A stretch of 64,000 nucleotides of DNA from Octopus vulgaris (lineage: Eukaryota): positions 20,770,001-20,834,000 of the forward strand of contig OX597837.1 in assembly GCA_951406725.2 (NCBI GenBank). Reading direction: 5' to 3'. The translations under genes and the position numbers were made by a program. Positions 55,051 through 64,000 of the stretch are shown here, in pieces. The notes under the pieces were generated by a model, which worked only from the letters and a program-made list of their open reading frames with translations, searched no databases and was not told where the DNA came from. Each line of letters begins with the position of its first letter. The stretch's first letter is position 1.

Positions 55051-55427
55051 ATATTAAATTAGTGATAAAACCACTATTAGGCAAATCATACAATGAAAAA
55101 CTTAAGCCAATACATAAGATTATTTAATTTATATCATTTAAATATATAACAAAATTATTTAAAAAAATATAATTAATATAACACTACTTGGCGAGGTTAA
55201 TGATTAAACCTCGCCAAGTTAAATATTTAAACCACCCGATGAATGACTGTAACTCGAAAATTTAAAGAAATTAACAGCCATGAAACGATCGTAGTGTTAT
55301 ATTAATTATATTTTTTTTAATAATTTTGTTATATATTTAAATAATATAAATTAAATAATCTTATGTATTGGGTTAAGTTTTTCATTGTATGATTTGCCTG
55401 ATAGTGGTTTTATCTCTAATTTAATAT
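55051..55427. repeat. Fold-back element: ~137-bp inverted arms around a small hairpin and a hammerhead
   Basis: 55051-55187 is the reverse complement of 55291-55427. Inner hairpin acttggcgaggtt..aacctcgccaagt at 55186-55219. Confidence 0.92.
55233..55296 (+). ncRNA. Hammerhead ribozyme motif (type I)
   Basis: cac CCGATGA ATGaCTGT..ACAGcCAT GAAA CGATCG TA gtg. Palindromic helix III ACGATCGT, U4 changed to C. Confidence 0.8.
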
Positions 55428-55508
55428 AATATAATATTTTACTATAAAATTGGATTCAATCCTAAATCTGATTTTTCCCTGTAAGTTTGGATTTATTCCC
55501 TAATATTT

Positions 55509-55567
<59 letters not shown>

Positions 55568-55629
55568 CATATATATACATATACACACACACATATATAC
55601 ACACACACACATATATGTGTGTGTGTGTG

Positions 55630-56140
55630 TATAAACTGAAGCATTCTTCAGGCGCAAACCACGTATCATAACGAACTAAAGAAATTGAATAATAGAAATG
55701 CTAAAAATTAAAATGGCAGACAGTTAGCAACGGAAAAGAAAAGCAGAAACTAAAATTTAAAAAAATAAAAAGTAAAAAAGTAAAAGAACTATCCGCCTTA
55801 GACTTGAAATGATAATGCTGGAAAGATATCAAGTCAGTTAAGAAGAGGCGAAATTTTCAAATTCTTCAAATATATATTTATACATATGCATGCGACAACT
55901 GAAATTTTTTGATCTGGAATTCAATATAGAATTAGGGATCATAGATCAAAACAGAATCAGTTCCCTTTCAGTCAAACAAAGTCTACATTTATTCGATCCA
56001 TTCACATAAGGTATGGATTTCTCAATTACTTTCCATTTAATCACATGCGGTGTTTCGTTTTCCTTCAAAGTCCATACGTAGCTAGCCAACTTAGTAGCTT
56101 TACTTTTATCCCTATGTCGGAAGCAGGCTATGTGATTGAC
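55630..56140 (-). mobile_element. Penelope-like (Naiad-like) 3' fragment, C-terminal half of GIY-YIG
   Basis: ORF 55946-56188: HIACFRHRDKSKATKLASYVWTLKE..IKWKVIEKSIPY..CRLCLTERELIL, homologous to 15530-15710. Confidence 0.8.
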
Positions 56141-56172
<32 letters not shown>

Positions 56173-56625
56173 CAAACCTGGGCACCAAACCGTTAATCTA
56201 TTAATCGTTAATTAACGCAGTTAACACTTTCGTTAACGATTTAACTTTTAAGTTAACTTTGGAAATCATTATCAGACTAATTAACTTCCGTTACAGTTAA
56301 CTTCCGTTACAGTTAACTTCCGTTACAGTTAACTTCCGTTACAGTTAACTTCCGTTACAGTTAACTTCCGTTACAGTTAACTTCCGTTAACTTCAACTGA
56401 ACTGAAATTAACGGATTTTATAGTTTTGGCACTCTTTATAGGGGATTTTAGGTGGTTTTAGAGTAAAAACTGATTTTCTTCTATAATAAAAATTAACGTT
56501 AACGGTTTATCGATAACTTTCGTCACATTAGGAAATAACTGATTAACGGTTATTGAAGTTAACTTTTTGGTTAACTGATTGACGATTAACGAAGTTAACT
56601 TTTCGATTAACGGTGCCCACTTTTG
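56173..56625. mobile_element. MITE (hAT-like) with subterminal ttaac motifs and an internal 16-bp tandem array
   Basis: Ends caaacctgggcacc / ggtgcccacttttg. ttaacttccgttacag x6 plus a partial unit at 56281-56388. Confidence 0.65.
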
Positions 56626-56859
56626 ATATACACACACACATATATATATACATACTTTTTAAGGTGAATTCTACAATAAAGATGTACTTTTCTCTGCGGG
56701 TATTTTTTGTTGTCAAATACTCCAAATTTCCTGAAAGTCTTCTAAAGGATATTTGGCTCTACTTGTCAAACATATTTATATTACAATATTTTTCTCTTGA
56801 GTCCTTTTATTGTTTTATTTTTCTGACATTTGTTTGTTTATTATTTTTTACTTCAGAAG

Positions 56860-57290
56860 ACGGCGAGCTGGCAGAATCGTTAGCACACCGGGCAAAATGC
56901 TTAGCGGCATTTCGTGTCTTCACGTTCTGAGTACAAATTCCATGGAGGTCGGCTTTACCTTTCATCCTTTGAGGGTCGATAAAATAAGGACCAGTTTAAT
57001 GCTGGGGTCAATGTAAAAGACTGCCCCGAAACTTCGTAGTCTTGTGCCGAAATTTTAACCCATTTAAATTAGTACAGTTGAAAACAGTGAGAAACAGAAT
57101 CGTTAGCTCGTTGGACAAAATACTTAACAGAATTTCATACGTCTTTATGTTCCGAGTTCAAATTCCGCTGAGCTCGACTTTGCCTTTCATCCTTCTGGGG
57201 TCGATAAAATAAGAACGGGTTGAGCGTTGGGGTTTTTGTAATCGACTCAACCACTCCCACGAAATTGCTGGCCTTGTGCCACAATTTGAA
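56860..57290. mobile_element. Family A SINE copies (56860-57055 and ~57090-57290)
   Basis: Shared B-box and central gcctttcatcc..gggtcgataa motif. Confidence 0.8.
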
Positions 57291-57565
57291 ATCGATATAT
57301 TTTTTACTACTGATTTTGTTTTGTTTGGCGGTTGTTTTGCTTTGCTTTGCTTCCTGTAATCTTCCTGAGAGCCGCAGAAGAGAAAAGAAGCCACTTTTTA
57401 TCTTAACGATCGACGGTAGAATAAAATGAAAGCACTTCAAGAAAAAGCCGACTTAGTTGTCTAATCCCAATAAAAGGTACATCCTTCATAATGGCCAGTA
57501 ACAACCCCCGAGTGAAATGAAATCCAAAACGAAGCAAGAATTTCCACGTCAGATATAAGTTCGCA

Positions 57566-57631
<66 letters not shown>

Positions 57632-58006
57632 GCAGCTGCTGCTGCTGCTACTACTACTGCTGCTGCTGCGACTGCTACTGCATCTGCTACTGCTACTACT
57701 ACTAATAATGATGATGATGATTTCTTTTATGGATCACAGGGGCCCAAGACATGGAGGACAATACCAAAAGACGAGTAACGACACACAAAAGAAAAACAAA
57801 AACAAAAAAGAACCAGTGGTATATGTAAATCGATTACATCGACCCAAGTGATCAACTAGTACTTATTTTACCGACCCCGAAAGGATGAAAGGCAAAGCCA
57901 ACCTCATCAGAATTTGAACACCGAAATTAAAGACGGATGAAATGCCACTAAGTAATTTGCCCGGCGTGCTAACGGTTCTGCCAGCTCGCCGCCTTAATAA
58001 AAAAAA

Positions 58007-59956
<1,950 letters not shown>

Positions 59957-60029
59957 CATGAGGAGGAGGAGAAGAAGAAGAAGAAGAAGAAGAAGAAGAA
60001 GAAGAAGAAGAAGAAGAAGAAGAATATTC

Positions 60030-60675
60030 TTTTCTACTCTAGGCACAAAGCTCGAAATTTGGGGGGAAACGTAAAGACAGACGAAATACCTATATCTTTA
60101 CTACCCACAAGGGGCTAAACACAGAGAGGGCAAACAAGGACAGTCAAACGGATTAAGTCGATTATAACGACCCCAGTGCGTAACTGGTACTTATTTAATC
60201 GACCCCGAAAGGATGAAAGGCAAAGTTGACCTCGGCGGAATTTGTACTCAGAACGTAGCAGCAGACGAAATACCTATTTCTTTACTACCCACAAGGGGCT
60301 AAACACAGACAGGACAGACAAACGGATTAAGTCGATTATATCGACCCCAGTGCGTACCTGGTACTTATTTAATCGACCCCGAGAGGATGAAAGGCAAAGT
60401 CGACCTCGGCGGAATTTGAACTCAGAACGTAGCAGCAGACGAAATACTTATTTCTTTATTACCCATAAGGGGCTAAACACAGAGACAACAAACAAGGACA
60501 GACAAACGGATTAAGTCGATTACATCGACCCCAGTGCGTAACTGGTACTTAATTTATCGACCCCGAAAGGATGAAAGGCAAAGTCGACCTCGGTGGAATT
60601 TGAACTCAGAACGTAACGGCAGACGAAATACGCCTACGCATTTCGCCCGGCGTGCTAACGTTTCTGCCAGCTTGC
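60030..60675 (-). mobile_element. Family A SINE with ~180-bp body tandemly triplicated
   Basis: cagacgaaatac..acccacaaggggctaaacacaga..gaccccgaaaggatgaaaggcaaagt repeats three times. Confidence 0.9.
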
Positions 60676-60679
60676 CTGG

Positions 60680-61092
60680 ATTATACATACATGCAGGCAA
60701 ATAAATGATAATAGACCAGACATCGTCATCAAAGACCTAAAACAAAAAATATGTCTGTATATTGATATGACGCTGCCTACTGAAAGAAACATCTCAGCAA
60801 AAGAATTTGAAAAAGTGTCGAAATATAAGGGCCTTCAGATTGAGATATCTGGGACGTGGCAATTAAAAACCAAAACCATCCCTGTTGTTGTAGGTGCCCT
60901 AGGAACTATCAAGAAAGCTAGTAACAATTTTTTTGACCAGATCTCTGGGAAACCAATAATCTATGAGACTAAAAAAATTGTGTTGACATCAACCGCCCAT
61001 ATTTTCAGGAAGATTTTCTCCATCTAATATATACGTGCCTTGGGTCTCTGGTTGAGGCCCGGCCGAAGAAGGAAATAAAATGCAAATCAATC

Positions 61093-61093
<1 letters not shown>
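60680..61093 (+). mobile_element. R4/Dong-type LINE 3' fragment (REL domain)
   Basis: NRPDIVIKD..CLYIDMTLPTERNISAKEFEKVSKY..IPVVVGALG, (AAT)n tail. Confidence 0.88.
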
Positions 61094-61151
<58 letters not shown>

Positions 61152-61154
<3 letters not shown>

Positions 61155-61243
61155 GCCTACCAATGTATACTATGAGTTTCTTTGCCCTAGGAGTCGGGAA
61201 GACACTCGGCAAGAAATGGAAGCAAATTTGAAAGAAGAAAAAC
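61152..61243 (+). mobile_element. ~90-bp 3'-end-only copy of the Dong-type LINE at 40590
   Basis: Near-identical to the reverse complement of ~40594-40685 (tgccctaggagtcgggaagacactcggcaagaaatggaagcaaatttgaaagaag). Confidence 0.9.
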
Positions 61244-61249
61244 CCATAA

Positions 61250-61306
<57 letters not shown>

Positions 61307-61350
61307 GTGATGGTGATGGTGATGGTGATGATGATGACGACAACGACGGC

Positions 61351-61468
<118 letters not shown>

Positions 61469-61751
61469 ATGGTGATGATGATGATGAGGATAATATTGAT
61501 ACGAATAATATCAACAGTAGAAATTGTAACAAATCAGAAAAAAGCCGGCAAGTATTTACTCATTAGTTTCGAAATCTAAAATTAGGAATGGAGAAGCTTA
61601 ATTATCAGTGTAACAGCAGGCAATTAATTTTCAACGCTTAATAATTACTACCGACTACTGCAATTAATGTTTAATAATTTAATTAACCTCTATCACCTGA
61701 TAATTACAACTGAACTATACACACGTATGCACGTACGCACGCACACACAAA

Positions 61752-61795
<44 letters not shown>

Positions 61796-61869
61796 CACAA
61801 ACATACAATCACACAACAGACACACACACACACATATACGTGCGCAGACACACTTAGACACATACATAC

Positions 61870-61936
<67 letters not shown>

Positions 61937-62436
61937 GTATATAAATAGACACTCATACACACATCTAAACTTACATATATCCACCTATTTATTCACACAT
62001 ACATAAAAATACTATACATGCATCCCCCACACACACACACACACAAATACAAGCTCACACGCAAGTACAGATGCTTATATATACAAATGTTTCGCCAGAT
62101 CTCCACCACGCATCCGCAGTGTAACAAATGATATGAAATATTTCTATCAATTTCTTATTAAGTCCGAAATCTGATTTCTGTCTGTCTTTTTGTTTATTCT
62201 TTCTACTGTTAATTTTGTTATTCTAAGCTAAAAATCTTGATAGGACAAGATGGACGACTTCAGTAAATTTAGCTGACTATTCATCATTATTAAAAGTAGT
62301 TTAGTGAGGGTCGATTTAAACGAATAGCGATATTCGTAACATATAAAGCGGCGAGCAGGCAGAATCGTTAGCACGCCGGATAAAATGCTTAGCGGCAATT
62401 CGTCCGTCTTTGCCTTTCATTCTTTCGGGTCAATTA

Positions 62437-62491
62437 TAGCCTTATGGGTGGATTTAGTAGATGGAAAATGAAGGAAGCCCGTCGTACGTGC

Positions 62492-62534
<43 letters not shown>

Positions 62535-62758
62535 TGTGTGTGTATCCAAGGATGTCTTCTGACCAGCGTTTGACAACCGGTACTGCTGTCTTTACATCCT
62601 CATAACTTAGCGGTACAGAAAAAGGGACTGATATAACAAGTATCGGGTTTAAAACAAACCAACTAACAAACAAAAACAAGCACTGAGGTTGATTCATTCG
62701 ACTAAAAATTCTTCAAGGCGGTGCCCCAGCATGGCCGCGGTTTAATGACTGAAACAAG

Positions 62759-62801
<43 letters not shown>

Positions 62802-63027
62802 CGTGTGTGTGTGTCCAAGGATGTCTCCTTACCAGCGGTTGACAACCGGTGCTGCTGTCTTTACATCCCCCTAACTTAGCGGTACAGAAAAAGGGACTGA
62901 TAGAACAAGTATCGGGTTCAAAACAAACCAACTAACAAACAAAAAACAAGCACTGAGGTTGATTCATTCGACTAAAAATTCTTCAAGGCGGTGCCCCAGC
63001 ATGGCCGCGGTCTAATGACTGAAACAA

Positions 63028-63060
<33 letters not shown>
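62437..63060 (+). mobile_element. SINE family B with ~270-bp tandem duplication of the 3' half
   Basis: Units ~62545-62760 and ~62813-63030 are near-identical, each bounded by (GT)n. Confidence 0.9.
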
Positions 63061-63089
<29 letters not shown>

Positions 63090-63791
63090 TACTTAACATG
63101 AACAGTATTCTCATAGATTGCTTTCCATATCTGAACAGCTGCTTCGAAATTACAAAGCACAAGTGTTACACGAACAATTCCGCCCTGCTTACGTTCACGG
63201 GGTGGTACAGCTGGTAAAATACACACGTAAATATTTTTCATTGCATCAAAAGAATAAACAGGCCGTTCGATATTGATGACTCACTAATTCGATAGAAATG
63301 CTAGCACTTGTGCATGTCTTCTCTTTCTCACTACCGTTTATTATTTCATTGAACTCTGGCCGCATGGTAGACTAATCCCCAAAAGAAGAATAAACGCAGG
63401 GTGTTGAGACTTTAATATATTTGGTCATAGCAAAGCGGCACGCTGGCAGAATCGTTAGCACACCAGGCAGAATGATTAACGGCATTTCGTCCGCCTTCAC
63501 GGTCTGAGTTCAAAGTCGGCTGAGCTCGACAAATGTAATCTGTAAGCGAAAGAGTAAAAACAATACTAAACTTTTCTCAAATTTAAAATGTGATATTTTT
63601 TTTTATCTACATTCCATCGATAGAGCTTTTTATTTTTATCAGAAGTTGACTGCTTCCTCAGAAGAAGATTGCAAGAAATTAAAACAGAAAACATACATAT
63701 ATTCCAAAGATTCGCCATCTGAGATTCTTATGTGAATAGATGCTCACACTTGGGTATATGCATCGGCAATTCAACCAACACATGAACTCAC

Positions 63792-63875
63792 CCTCATATT
63801 TACAAACACCGGGAAGTCACTAAACCAGAAATGTCTTGTCGATTTGTTTGCGACCGGCTTGAATTCTCTCAAGAA
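63792..63875 (-). other. Candidate host exon (84 nt, open frame FLREFKPVANKSTRHFWFSDFPVFVNMR)
   Basis: Minus strand: acceptor ttttatttaag|, donor agg|gtgagt. Unique sequence, no recognisable homology. Confidence 0.2.
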
Positions 63876-64000
63876 CTTAAATAAAACTCAAAGAAAAACC
63901 ATACATACATACATACGTACGTACGTACATACATACATACATACATACATACATAAGTATACATTCAAGCATGCAGGTATACATATACAGATACATATCT

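Noticed and set aside
56281-56388. CRISPR-like arrays (also 2197-2281 and 52030-52160)
   Set aside because: Head-to-tail repeats with no unique spacers, eukaryotic context and no cas genes.

Overview
Eukaryotic (animal) genomic DNA, AT-rich and saturated with microsatellites: (TA)n, (CA)n, (TATG)n, (ATT)n, (GAT)n. The SINE families and microsatellite load look like an octopus/cephalopod genome; this is inferred from recalled patterns and not verified. I cannot recognise any intact host gene, and nearly all of the ORF track is microsatellite translation artefact. The window is a transposon graveyard. It holds six Tc1/mariner remnants, a Merlin-like MITE with ~300-bp TIRs and an 8-bp TSD, two non-autonomous Helitrons, two L1/Tx1-type LINEs, four R4/Dong-type (REL) LINEs plus one 3'-end stub sitting in (TAA)n tracts, a HERO/NeSL-like remnant, many tRNA-derived SINEs, and Penelope-like (PLE, Naiad-like) fragments. 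The most interesting layer is not visible in the ORF track: about a dozen hammerhead-ribozyme (HHR) motifs of the PLE-associated type, mostly with a palindromic mini helix III, lie in short units wedged between (TA)n-rich tracts. Several units form long fold-back palindromes, two carry a compensatory U3-A8 core, and in one the inversion boundary falls at the predicted cleavage site. One PLE GIY-YIG domain has a ~195-codon Asn/Ser-rich insertion between its GIY and YIG motifs. All coordinates were read by eye, so element edges are approximate unless a TIR or TSD is quoted.
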